64,000 nt of DNA from Diplonema japonicum (Eukaryota; Protista; Euglenozoa: Diplonemea): NCBI GenBank assembly GCA_964019335.1, contig OZ025656.1, forward strand, positions 744,001 through 808,000, read 5' to 3'. The notes under the pieces were generated by a model. That model was not told where the DNA came from and made no database searches. It saw only the letters and a program-made list of their open reading frames with translations. Shown here piece by piece: positions 44,401 to 56,253 of the stretch. The position numbers were made by a program, and so were the translations under genes. Each line of letters begins with the position of its first letter. Positions within the stretch are counted from its first letter, which is position 1.

Positions 44401-47400
44401 GGCTCATCAGGTGCGGGCTGTGCGACGCCGAGGACCAGGCTCCGATGGACGGGACGTTGACGAGCGGTGGCAGCGGTGGACGCCACCTTCTGCAGGCAGC
44501 GGAGGGACAGCTGAAGGAGGAGACGACCACGGCAGCCCGCTCTGGGAGCCTCCTGCAGTCAGCAACCGGATCGAGGAGGGGTCTCGCGAGGTCCTGCAAC
44601 GTTGGGTGGAAGCCCCTCCACTACGGAGTGATGTCGGACGCCTTCAACGTAGAGGGAACAGCGGAGGTGCAGGGGACCTTGGCGCAGTGCGTTGCGGCGT
44701 GCACGACCGAATCCGGGTGCTTCGCCTTCAGCAGGAACAGGATGTTGAAGGACACGGAGAGCGGGTCCTGCTGGCTCAAGAAGGCTGTGATCCCCGTCGT
44801 TGGGGACCAGTACTCTTTCAACACGCTCGGAACCTACGTGGTGACCTGCCCCCCCGAGGTGGAGCCCTGCAAGTGGAAGTACATGGACGGGTATGACCAG
44901 CGCACGCAGTCAAGCAAGACAACGGCGTTCCGGGCGCAGAGCGCGACCGAGTGCAAGGACCTGTGCGAGCTCGTGGCGGACTGCACCGGGGCGACCTTCG
45001 ACAGGGAGAGCGCGACCTGCTACTTCATCCACGATCTCGTGCTCGCCCCGACAGCGGCGCAGCAGAACCCCAGGTTCTTCAGCGCCGTGTGCTACCGCGT
45101 GGTCCCAGAGTCTCCGTGCGACACGAGCTACTGCGGGGTGAACCCCTCGGTGGGGTGCTTCCCCTTGAGGGGCGGGGACCACCGCTGTACCTGCGCGGAG
45201 GGCTTCCAGTGCGTGGAGAACTGCGACGAGCCGAGGAAACCCCACATCTGCGACCGCGAGGAGACGCTCGAGACCCTCCTCATGGAGGCCCTCTCCATCG
45301 CTTTGAATGTGGACGTTTACGGAATCTCCGTGAAGGAGGCGGAGCAGCTCATGCGAGGGAGCGGTGACCCGTCTGAGCGCGATGCGCTCACCCCCGAGGA
45401 GCAGCACGTGGTCACGGTGGCGAGCAGCAAGATCGACGTGGAGACGACGCACGTCATCAGCACCACCTTCAGCAAGACGAACCTGGAGGACGTGCTCGCG
45501 GAGGAGCAGGGGAAGACGAAGCTGGCGCTCCTGGCGGAGGGTCTGGCAGGGTCGCTCGGGGTGGAGACACACGAGGTGATGGTGAGGCGCGTGTGCAAGA
45601 TCACGGACAACGGAGAGATGGCGGCCTGCTTCGACAGCGAAGGGGCGGACCAGGCGATCCCGAAGAGGCCGACCGTGAAGAGCACCCCGGAGCGAGAGTA
45701 CTTGACGGCGGCATCGTGGTGTGGGGCGCACCCCTCGGGCGTTGCGAACCCGAAGACCCTCGAGGCCATCGAGGACCTGGTACAGCTCAGCAGGGGAGAG
45801 ATGCTGGAGACGAGGACCTACTGGGTCGGGGCAACCTGCGACGAGAACTGCAACGACGCGGACTCTTGGTACTGGGCGGACGCCCCCGCGGTGAAGGTGG
45901 ATTGGGCGTCCCTCTCGCACGGCGGAAAGGGTGCGTCGATCCTGAACGACCTGTCTGGAGCGACATGCGCGGTGCTGCAGTACGACGCGGAGGGTTTGAT
46001 GTGGGGGTTGAACGTCGCGGACTGCGGGGCCAAGGGCCACTACCCTGTGTGCGTAGAGACAGGGTCCGGTTCCGGTACAGACCACGCCGATCAGTGCGAC
46101 GCCTCCGGGGCCTGTGACCTCAAGGTCACCTTCGGTGTGAAGCTTCTCCACGTCCGCTACGTTTACTTCGTGTCCCTCCCCGACGGGACGACGAAGAAGT
46201 ACCACCCCTCGGATCTCCTCCCCGCGGGGGCTAAGATTGTGAACAGAGACGGTGATCTCATGGTATGAGAAGCGAAGCAAAACACAAAACAACAAGAACA
46301 AAAACAAAAACAAAAATACAGGGCTACGTCGACAGCCGTGGGAGCACCTCTGTGATCACGTGGCCTGCAGTTGACGAACCTCTGAACGAGGCTCTGAAGG
46401 CAGTGATGCCTGGGTTCACCTACCCGATGGAGGGGCTGCACGCTCTCGTGACTCGCCACGTGGCGAGCTGGATGACTGCCGCGAACTTGAACGCTCCCTT
46501 CAGCAGGGCCTGCCACGACCTCATCATCCAGAAGCATGTGCTGTGTGTGAACGCCATCTGCAAACTGTATGTGTAGAAAAGGAAAGAAAACACAAATATA
46601 ATATACACACATAATACACAGTGTGGACCCCATGTTGATCACAAGGACATCCTGCGAGGGTGCACCTCCGTGTGTGAACAGCGTGTGCAACGGACACGGT
46701 TACGCGAAGGGCTTCGTCGGGTTCTGCTCGTGTGAGTGCGACCGTGGGTATGATATCAACAACAAACAAAAACAAAAAAAAAAACAAAAACAAAAAAAGG
46801 TTCGCTGGTGCAGTGTGCACGGAGTGCGCAACAGGCTACAAGAACTACCCGCAGTGTGATCCGACAGGAACAGGCTCTTCCCTCTACGAGGTGTTCCATC
46901 TGCATGTGCAGAGCGGTGCGTCGACAGTGTCGGCAAACCACGACCTTCTGGAGCAGGCCTTCTCGGCAACGGTTGGGAGCAAGATTGAGGGTTACACCCT
47001 CACCTACATCTGCCCGATCAGCGTGTGCTCGCCTTCCCCTTGCGACTCCCCTGTGAACACGTGGAGCGGAGAGAGGAGGGCTCAGTGCTTCAGGGCGGGA
47101 CAGGACTTCGCCATCACCGACAGGGGCGCTGTGGTTCTCTCTGGGAGCAGAGACTTCTACCCCCTTGTTGCGACGAGTGCTTCTGTTTCGGAGTTCGCCA
47201 CCGAGTATGGTCCGTCGGCGCTGAGCGACGTGTCCACGCAGACGAAGGCTTTGTTGGACCAAGAGTGTATGTGTAATATTAATATAAAGAAAAAGAAAGA
47301 GAGAGAGAATGAATGCAAAAAAAAACAATACAGTGAACTTGAACAGCGGTCCCTTCAAGGAGTTCTTCCTGACCCTGGTGAAGTCTGTGTACCTGTCTTC

Positions 47401-49228
47401 CGAGGTATGGAACAGAATAAAAAGAAAAGGAAAACACACACCTCACACAAACACACAAACACAACAAAACTCCTTTTTTTTTTTAACCACAGCCCTACGC
47501 GGGAGTGACCCCTGTGGCAGCACCATTCAGCCCCCCCGTCTCTGTGGGCGGAGCCGGAGAGCTGGTGGAAGGAGCGGGGACAGACATGGGGATCATCATC
47601 GTAATCGTGATCGCAGTGGTGCTGTTCTGCTGCTGCTTCTTGATGTTCGGAATCTGGAGGCACAGGAAGGCACAGGAGAGGAAGAACAGGGAGAAGACGG
47701 AGGACCTGATGAAGTACGTGAACGAGGACGAGGATGGTGAGGACATCGTGACGATCTTCAAGGGGGCGGATGAGCCGATGGGGATCATGTGGGACGACCA
47801 CACGCTGATGGTGGGAGTGTGCGACGACAGCGCTGCGTCGAGGTACAACCTGGACAGGTTCAGGAACAGGAGGCTCGCGAGGGTGAACGGGATGAAGGTG
47901 AACACGCTCGCAGATATCAGGGACGCTGTGGAGGGGCAGACCTGCGTGACGCTGGAGTTCGAACCGAAGTACTCTGCGATCGTTGTGCGCGTGGCGTCGA
48001 AACTGGAGGACTTCTACGAGCAGGAATTCATCAGCATCTTCGCAGACAGGATCGCAGAGGTCTTGAACCTCATGGAGTTCACCGAGATAGACATCGATCT
48101 GCAGTCCGTGTTCGAGAGGCCAGAGAGGGGGGAACTCCTCCTTACCATGAAGCTCCTCGGTCTCACCTCCGACCAGGTCGCCACCATCGTCGCCATGTGT
48201 GTCACCCCAGGCGAGCCCATCAGAAACGGCCTCCCTATCGCGGGAGCCTACCTTGCAACAGCCAAGTTCGGAGAAGAGGTGTGTGATTTCAAAAGAAGAA
48301 AAAACAACAACAACAACAACAACAACAACAGACGAACCCTCCTCTGTGGGTGTGCGCACAGTGGTTGACGGAAGCTGAAAAGTGCTCTGGTTGCTACCTG
48401 CAGTTGCCCGGAGTGATCGAAGGTGGGCACCCCGTGTGGCAGCACACCCCCGCCGACCACTGGTTGTACTCCACCCCGTCTGGTTTCTGGGCCATCGTGC
48501 AGGACAAGGTATGAAGAAAAACAACAAAAAACAAAAAGAACAAAAAACAAAAAACAACAGAGCCTTGTGGGAAGCGACGTGACGACAGGTGGGTACGTGC
48601 TGAGGTCGAGCGAGCCACACTGCGGTGCGGACCCCCACGTCATGACCGGATGGAGGACCGCATTGAGAGAGGGCGAGCACATCTGTGTGGCGAAGGAGGA
48701 ACCGACGGCACACGAGTTCATTGTGGGACAGAGGGTGGTGTTCCCCGTGGACCTGCAGCTGGAAGACGGGTCGGTCATCAACAAGAGATCGGAGGCGCTG
48801 GTGATGTGCGAGCAGGAGGACCTGGTGCAGCTCTGCATGCTGAACGAGGAGTACGACATCGTCACAGTGTCGCCGGACGTGGTGGACAGCCCCGATGGAC
48901 CCCGCATCATGGTCTACGAGAACTCGCAGTGGATGCCCGCCGCCATCGTGAAGATGAGGGACAACCAGGTGAAGGTCGCCTTCGACTGCGGGCTGTGCCC
49001 TGACATGTGGATCGACAAGGAGTTGGAGGCCGACAAGCTGAAGTGCATGCCACGCGAGGCCTTCACAATGGGGGACAAGGTGCAGCTGGCGGCGGGCGCC
49101 CCGCAGCACCTGGAGGAGGACGGGTGCTTGAAGTTCGGCGAGCTTGGTGTTGTGGTTGCTTGCGGCGACGCGGGGCAGGCAAGGCCGTACCTTGTGGAGG
49201 GGCCGTACGACATGACATGGTACGCTGG
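41423..49228 (+). repeat. 7.8-kb direct repeat, copy B
   Basis: Begins at TAACATG, 4 nt before the ATG; identity ends after TGGTACGCTGG. Confidence 0.95.
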
Positions 49229-49417
49229 GATGCACTTGACCTCCTTCGGTCAGATCGAAGAACCCATGGTATGCACTGTATTTTCTACATGAAATTAAAT
49301 TAAAATTACCAGGCCTCTGAGACGGACTACAGTGCTCCTTTCGGCGGTGCCACTGATGAATCAATGGGTGACATGGATGCTGAAACACTGATTAACTCAG
49401 AGAGGAAGAACCAGTAG
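41427..49417 (+). CDS. Giant type I membrane protein, copy B (~2506 aa); first seven introns as in copy A +9067, last intron 49269-49312, different C-terminal tail
   Basis: Peptides identical to copy A in the ORF track up to ..YDMTWYAG, apart from DVGQ/DAGQ; then MHLTSFGQIEEPM|ASETDYSAPF..RKNQ*. Confidence 0.85.
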
Positions 49418-50736
49418 ACTGTTACGCAGATGGAATCTAATGACAGGAGTTTCTATTTTTACTTTTATTTTAAGCTTTATTGTGTTTCCTAGTAGAATAA
49501 AGAAGAGACGGGCGCAAGGTATTCATTACCAGCATGTCACAGGTGCTGCCCCGTCCCTCCTCGTCTTGTTTGATACAGTTGCATCTTTACTTTCAAGGTG
49601 GTCCATAGCAACGAGGCGTGGAGAACAGGAAACGGTAAAGCCTATTTTTTTTTAGTATTTTTTTTTTATCACTGAACCCCCCAACTTTATTTTATTTTGT
49701 TTCTTCCTCCAGGTCTTTTTTATCTCCTCTCTTTCCCCTTTTATCTCAATGATAATAACAAACGCAAACAAAGAAGAAAAAAAGAAAAGAGGAATTATTG
49801 GGTATCTGCAATACATACAGCAAAGCTGTTTGGCTACAATAGTGCAAGGTGCATAGCCCTTATAAGAATAATAGATCATAAGGTTGCCTTTGCCGCAAAA
49901 AGAAAAAAACGGGGGGGGAAGGAAAAAAGACACATTTTCACACACACATTCATTAAACTTACTTTGGTGCAGGAAAAAGGTGTGCCCTGCGGTCTGGGAT
50001 GGTGGAGCGTGAGTCTTATCTTATTTGTAGAAAGGCCACGGTTAGCTTCACGATCTCTAGTAGGCACACTCGCAACCACAATATTTAGTTCTATTCTCCG
50101 TTTCACTTCCTCCCCCTCCCCTCTCCTCCCCTCTTCCTCCCTGTAGGGCACATCGGCCCACAAAAACGAAAGGACGTACCGATCTCTTGCAGCACTGTCG
50201 TCTCTTTCTATTATTAAACCCACCCCCCTCGCTTATTGACATGGCTTTGCTTTGCAAGGCCCATTTTTTATCCAAGGCAATAGGAATGCCAGCCTCTCCC
50301 GGTGGGACAGCACTTTGGTCCGGATATTGTTCCGTTTCTCCGTTTTTCTTCAGCGGTGAATATAGCAGTGCAAGCCCATCGCAGGCAGGCAGCCGATTTT
50401 CACCAACGAGAAGAACACTAGGTCTTCAAGTGGTGGACACGAGAGACCCATGCCGAGGTTAGTTGTGGGCTCATTTTCTAATCTTAACACAGCCACCTAT
50501 TTCTGATGGCAGTAAATCAAGTGGATGACTACAGATGGCAATAGGCGGGGGTTATTATTTCCTTATTCCTCTCTCCCTTCTCTCTTTTTTTCTTCCGTAG
50601 ACTCTGTACCTTGCCTGCACGTCTATGCCCGCCAGATCACGAGGCGGGTCAGGTGGGCATGTTGCACGTCGAGCTTGCTCTTAAAGCTCTTATTTTTACA
50701 TTATGTACGGCATTGCAATCCCAAGGCAGGTTTAAG

Positions 50737-52045
50737 ATGCTCAGCAGCACAAGATCTGGTAGTGCCCTAGCAGAGGATGTGCTGTCAGAGATCGGGACGC
50801 ACCTCAGGTTGGCCGATGTGCGGAATTGCTGCTTTGTTTCAATGAGGTGGTACGAAGCCATGTGCAGCAACCAGGTATGGGAGGAGATGGCGAGGCGGTG
50901 CTTCATCCAGCTACCGCTGTTGTCACTGACGCCTGCGATAGAACGGAAGGCAGGCCCCGTAAAGACCATTGCAGGTACCGAGGTGCGTGAGTTATTTATG
51001 AACAAAAGGTTCGAGCTCATTGTGCACAAGATGGACCTTATTACACAGAAAGAGGTACGGTCCCAGCACCCGTACATCCTGCACGCGCTGCTCACCATGA
51101 TATGGTTCACAGCAGTTGTATTCATAATCCTCCTCATCTTCATCCTTGAAGGCCTCTGCGACGTGACCCTCAACCAGGCCTTCAACGTGCTGCACACATC
51201 GTACGCCGTCATTATCGTCTCCATCTTATTCAACGTTATCGCGTCCACACACTACGAGCCGCAGCCGCTTCTGGAGCGTATCAAGAAGCATTCGCACCTC
51301 ATCAGTATGCCTGTGAGTGAAATTATAACAAGCACAGCGCTCACCGGACTATGGATACTTGTGGTGATGGGCTTCTCATTCATCACAAGTATTTTCCAAT
51401 ATAACGTTCTCAGTGAGCCAGAGCAACGAGTGCAGTGGGTAACGTGCTTCGCACCTATATTAACGATGCTAGTGTTCTGGCAATTTGTAGCGGTATGCAC
51501 AGCTAACCGCAAAACATAACACTACAGGTTATTGCAGCTCGGCCGCAGCTTCTAGCGTGGTTGCGCAAGCCGTACATGCCGTCTCTCATACAGGTGCACG
51601 TCATCATTACGACCATTTTCCCGTCTGGTTTGGCAGGCGCCATTACCTCGTTGGGCATTTACCTCGATGTATGCTGGCATAAGTAATTAACATACCACAG
51701 ACGGGCAATGTATACTTTCTGATAGTTGCTTCGCTGCCCTTCCTCTTTGGCACCATGAGCGTCACAGCGACCTTCCTCCTTGACTATCTAGCGCATCGCA
51801 AGTTGAATGATGTCATCGCGTCCTTCAGCATGGCAAACCTCTCGGCGTTCCCCATTGGCTTCATGCTCTTTGAAGTATGTCAACAATCAAGTGCACACAC
51901 AGTACAGCCCCGCGGTCTACACTTGCTTCCCCTCCTTATCTTCATAGCATCTTACGCTATCTCTTATGTGAATCAGTGGGTGAAGAAGGGTGAGCGGCAG
52001 CGTCACCTGCGAGCTAAGGCACCTTATGTTGCTCGGATGCGATAG
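50737..52045 (+). CDS. F-box protein with multiple transmembrane segments (introns 51493-51527, 51669-51700, probable 51875-51907)
   Basis: LAEDVLSEIGTHLRLADVRNCCFVSMRWYEAMCSNQVW F-box-like motif, then many hydrophobic segments; introns keep the frame. Confidence 0.75.
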
Positions 52046-52278
52046 GGATGCTGTGCCCTCTGGGATGGACGCGGTGCCGTGGAGGAAGATCAAAGGAGCC
52101 CTATTCTTCTGGGTGTCAACCTTCCTGGCGGTCCTCATTGTAAACTCTCTTCCTGTGTCAGTTTTGACTCTTGCTGAATAGATGGGAAGGCTGCCAGCAA
52201 GGCGTGCCGTCTATCTATGACATTACCAACTTGTTATCCAGTTTTGTTTATGGCACGTGCTTAACTACCTCAGGTACC

Positions 52279-54525
52279 ATGATATCCATAAAGGAGTTAT
52301 GCTGCTTAGTATTTGTAGTGTGTTTCACATGGTTTGGATACAGAACCGCTTTTAACTGTGAGTTCGTCTTCGATGACCATTTAGCGATAGAAAGGAATAA
52401 CGACGTGGTGGGCAGCGGTGGCTGGCTCGATCTACTGAAGCACGACTTCTGGGGAAAACCATTAGCATTGGCGGACAGCAACAAGTCGTTCAGGCCTGTC
52501 GTTGTGGCCTCCTTCAAGCTCAATTACATCTTGTCACCTACGCCCTACGCCTTCCATGCTGTCAATGTAGCATTGCACTGTTTCGTTAGCTTTCTAGTGT
52601 GTATGGTATCCAAGGCGCACAATAACAATAACGATGCTTGGAGACCTATGCTTATAGCTGGAAGCTTCTTTGGCGTGCACCCCGTACATGCAGAAGCAGT
52701 AACGGGCATTGTAGGGCGTGCTGATATCATGTGTGCCATGTTTGCGCTGCTGGGTTACCTTTGCCTATTAAAAAGGGTACCTTCGCTGTTGCAGTGTGCA
52801 ATGTACTATTTGTTGTGCATGCTGTCTGTGCTTTCAAAAGAAACTGGCATCATGCTGGTGTGCATCACCCTTGTCTCCGACGTACTCCTGCACCTCAGGT
52901 TCCCAGGCCTGCGGAAGGTGGTAACCAACGTTGCGGTTGTGTTGTCTTATTGGTACTTGCGGATGGTCTTCGTAGGGCAGGTGGATTTAAATGGTAGTTT
53001 GCTGCTAAGGAAGACCGAGAACCCTATCCTCTTCGCACCGACATTGCTGAGCAAGGTGCTGAGCACACTGTACATACAGTCGCGGTACGCACTGCTCTTA
53101 GTATATCCCAAGGAGATGTGTTGTGAGTATCCCTTTGACTGCCTGCCACTGCTTCATGATTTGAACGATCCCCGTTGCTACACTATTCTTGTGACGGCGG
53201 TTGTTATTGCCTTGGTGCTAGCAGTTGCCATCCAGCAACGTTCACGGGTGGCACTGATATTCATAAGCTGGATTGTGTTCCCCCATTTGCCTGCTTCAGG
53301 GATATTCTTCACAATTGGTACTATGCTTGCTGAGAGACTCTTGTATCTCCCTTCTGTGGGGTTGACTCTTCTTGTGGGCCATGTATTCAGGGCAGAGAAA
53401 AAATTTCGTGATAGTATGAACTTTAATATCCTTTTGATGAGTTATTGCATAACCTTTCATGGTAAGTTGGCTGAACGGAACAGAGAATGGCGAACAGATG
53501 AAACACTCTTCAAAAGTGCGCTCCGTGTGTGTCCAAATGCTGCGAAGCACCACCAGCAATATGGCCTGCTGTTACTTAATAAGCATGAGGTCGCAGATGC
53601 CAGTATGCATCTGAATAGGGCACATGAAATCGACCCTGAGTGGTGCGAGCCGCCCCTGTACTTGGGAAAGATAGCAGCGCACAAGAAGGAATATGACACA
53701 GCGCTGTGGTGGTGGCGCAAGTGCGTTGGCTGCCCGTACCTTGGTGACCAGTGTTTCAACTTGTATTACGAGGTGCAAGGGAGCCTCTATAGTGGCAATA
53801 CAAGTGCAGAGCACGAGCTGGGAAATGTACTGATAGATGTAAAGCAGTTTAGTAGCGCTGTGACTGCTTTCAGGCAAGCTGGGTTAAAGAGGTACAACAA
53901 CCAAAATTGGGAAGGTGCTGTGGAGTCCTTCACAGCAGCCGTTTCTGCATGGCGGCGCTTGGGGCATCCATTGGTGACAGAAAAGAAGGAAGACGAAGAG
54001 ATGAACCACCCATGCAACATATGGTACTGGCTGGGCATGTCGTACTCAAAGCTCACTATGCAACTCTCAGCATTGCGGGTATACCGTGAGATGTTTATCT
54101 CTTGCGCACTGATGCCAAAAGCGGTGATGGCTGCAGCGGAGGGCCTAAGCGCCATCTATCAAGAGGCCATGCAATCGGACGTCGTAAGGGGCAGGTTAGA
54201 CATGACTGAAGTGGATGTCTATGAAGCTCATACCGATACACTGATTGCAATTAGTGAAAACAAAGAGATTACTGGTCTCTCAGAAAAGGCACGGGACACT
54301 TACCTTACCACAGCCTCGCGCTTGTTGCTTAAGGTGTCGGAAGTGCGCGAAACGTGCTCGAAGATTAAACGAGCGGTAGATTTACTTTCTAAGAGAAAGG
54401 ATGCCAGTGACCGGCTCATGTGCGAGGCACTACACAAGCATAGGTCACAGTGCGGTGGCACAGAGTCACTCAAAGAGTGTGAGGTGTTCCGAAAGAATGA
54501 AAAAAGAATAAAGAGGGGGGCTTGA
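52279..54525 (+). CDS. TMTC: TMTC-family protein O-mannosyltransferase (GT-C membrane domain, DUF1736, TPRs)
   Basis: FVFDD, DFWG, SNKSFRP, HPVHAEAV.GIVGRAD, SKETG, ENP, AERLLYLPSVG, RNREWRTDETLF, then TPRs. Confidence 0.92.
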   Translation: MISIKELCCLVFVVCFTWFGYRTAFNCEFVFDDHLAIERNNDVVGSGGWLDLLKHDFWGKPLALADSNKSFRPVVVASFKLNYILSPTPYAFHAVNVALHCFVSFLVCMVSKAHNNNNDAWRPMLIAGSFFGVHPVHAEAVTGIVGRADIMCAMFALLGYLCLLKRVPSLLQCAMYYLLCMLSVLSKETGIMLVCITLVSDVLLHLRFPGLRKVVTNVAVVLSYWYLRMVFVGQVDLNGSLLLRKTENPILFAPTLLSKVLSTLYIQSRYALLLVYPKEMCCEYPFDCLPLLHDLNDPRCYTILVTAVVIALVLAVAIQQRSRVALIFISWIVFPHLPASGIFFTIGTMLAERLLYLPSVGLTLLVGHVFRAEKKFRDSMNFNILLMSYCITFHGKLAERNREWRTDETLFKSALRVCPNAAKHHQQYGLLLLNKHEVADASMHLNRAHEIDPEWCEPPLYLGKIAAHKKEYDTALWWWRKCVGCPYLGDQCFNLYYEVQGSLYSGNTSAEHELGNVLIDVKQFSSAVTAFRQAGLKRYNNQNWEGAVESFTAAVSAWRRLGHPLVTEKKEDEEMNHPCNIWYWLGMSYSKLTMQLSALRVYREMFISCALMPKAVMAAAEGLSAIYQEAMQSDVVRGRLDMTEVDVYEAHTDTLIAISENKEITGLSEKARDTYLTTASRLLLKVSEVRETCSKIKRAVDLLSKRKDASDRLMCEALHKHRSQCGGTESLKECEVFRKNEKRIKRGA

Positions 54526-54550
54526 AAAAAGAATAAAAAGGGGGGCTTGA
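54501..54550 (+). repeat. 25-nt tandem duplication spanning the TMTC stop codon
   Basis: aaaaagaataaagaggggggcttga / aaaaagaataaaaaggggggcttga (one mismatch). Confidence 0.85.
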
Positions 54551-54749
54551 GAATGTTTTTTGAATTTCTACCTGAACAGTGAGCACCCCCATGCACACTG
54601 AAATTTTATCGAGTTTTTTTTTTTTGGGAAAACAACGAAGAAAGGTAAACAGCAGCGCTGATCGACTTGGCTTGCCTAAGTACAGTGCTGGACAGTAGTG
54701 ACATTATTCTTGCTTAAGTATTAATCATACCAATCCAGCAGGTTGCAAA

Positions 54750-56119
54750 ATGAGCGAGCACGGTAGCGAAGCGAGAACACCTGCCTCAGCACCATCGGTG
54801 CCGGAGAAGTCGAAGGCGGAGCTGAGGAGAGAGCGTGCAGCAATTCAAGAAGCTCAGAGAGAGGCGAAGAGGTTGAAAAACGAGGAGGCTGCAAGGGTGA
54901 AGGTTTGTTTTAATTAATTTTAATAATAATCATCCAACAGGCAGCTGGTGGTGGGCAGGAGAAAAAGAAAAAGGAAGTACCGAAGAAGAAGCCTGAACCG
55001 GCCAAAGAAGAGAAAAAAGAAAAGGTTGTAAAGAAGAAGAAGAAAAAAGACGATGTTGCTTCTATGCACCCGTCCGTGCTGAGGCTTGGTGAGCAGTACA
55101 GGGAGCACAGTATCATTGGTGGTAATGCTAGGTGCATAGCTCTGATGAAGTGTTTCAAGGACCTGTTGAATGACTACAATGTATGTGTTTGCTTGCACTA
55201 CAGCATGAATCACAGGATGACGTCAACTTGAAGGACAACTTATTCCGCAAGCCGATAAGCTACCTCACTGGATGCAGGAAGATTTCGAAATCAATGGGTA
55301 ACGGGATCAATTACCTGAAGAGCAAGGTAAACGACCTACCCAAGGGCATCAACTACGTGGTATGAAAACAATTGCCTTTTACGCGTACAGGATGCGAGAG
55401 AGATTCTGTTGGCGGATATTGACATGTACATCGATGCCATCTTGATGGCAGTCAAGACAATCGCAGAGAAATGTGTAGGGCTGGACAACAAGGGCAGAAG
55501 AGGTGGCGAGCACCAGATCAAAGACGGCGACGTCATCCTGACCTACGCCAGGTCCAACGCCATCGAGTGGGTGTTCCGATTGGCTCACTCGAAGAAGGTG
55601 AACTTTTCAGTTGTCGCTGTCGACTCGCGTCCTCTGCATGAAGGCAAGCAGCTGGCGTTGACTCTCGCAGGCCTCGGCATCCCCACCACATACTGCCTCC
55701 TCAACTCGCTCTCCACTCTTCTTCCGAAATGCAACAAGGTCTTTGTAGGGGCAAGCACCATGCTCACCAACGGCTCGCTTGTGAGCAGAACAGGCACATC
55801 CATGATCGCAATGATGGCCAAGCACTTCAGCTTACCTGTTTTGTGCTTCTGTGAAACATACAAGTTCGCTGATAATGTGTGGCTGGGGTGCTTGACCAAC
55901 AATGAGGAGGCCGACACCTCTGATCTGATGACGCTTATGGATGGGCAGGAGAGCCCGCTTGTCGATGAGGAACAGGACAAGCTGAAGCTCGCAAATTACA
56001 TGTACGATCTAACACCTGCAGAGAACATCGACATGGTGGTCACAGAGTTGGGACCCATGCACCCAACGTCAGTGCCCGTGATTGTGAGAGAGAGAATTGA
56101 TAAGGGTCACGAAATCTGA
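54750..56119 (+). CDS. EIF2B4: Translation initiation factor eIF2B subunit delta (introns 54903-54940, 55181-55215, 55360-55390)
   Basis: SKAELRRER..QEAQR N-terminus, HPSVLRLG..GGNARCIAL, CRKISKSMGNGI, DGDVILTY, VDSRPLHEG, SRTGT, CETYKF, YDLTP, TELG. Confidence 0.92.
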
Positions 56120-56253
56120 AATCTGAGCTGAGCTCGGCGCGTTCATCGCTATTGCCGGCAAGCTTGAAGAAGTGTTTTTATCATTTTCTGTTTTGTTCTC
56201 ATTCCTCGACTCTAAGCAGAAATCATACATAGAAAATGCGATAGAGCCACAAG

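Noticed and set aside
32356-49228. The 7.8-kb repeat as a transposon or LTR element
   Set aside because: No transposase, reverse transcriptase, terminal repeats or target-site duplication; the unit is a host-type gene.
33365-49388. Long minus-strand ORFs (684, 467, 584, 677 aa) and alternative-frame ORFs over the PAN genes
   Set aside because: Expected shadows of GC-rich codon usage; Arg/Pro/Leu/His-rich with no domains, and they cross introns.
49420-50730. Small ORFs in the long A/T-tract intergenic region (similar at 1000-1490, 15540-16060, 40460-41400, 58070-58800)
   Set aside because: Low-complexity translations of homopolymer tracts, likely UTR or intergenic; no tRNA, rRNA or SL RNA motif recognised.
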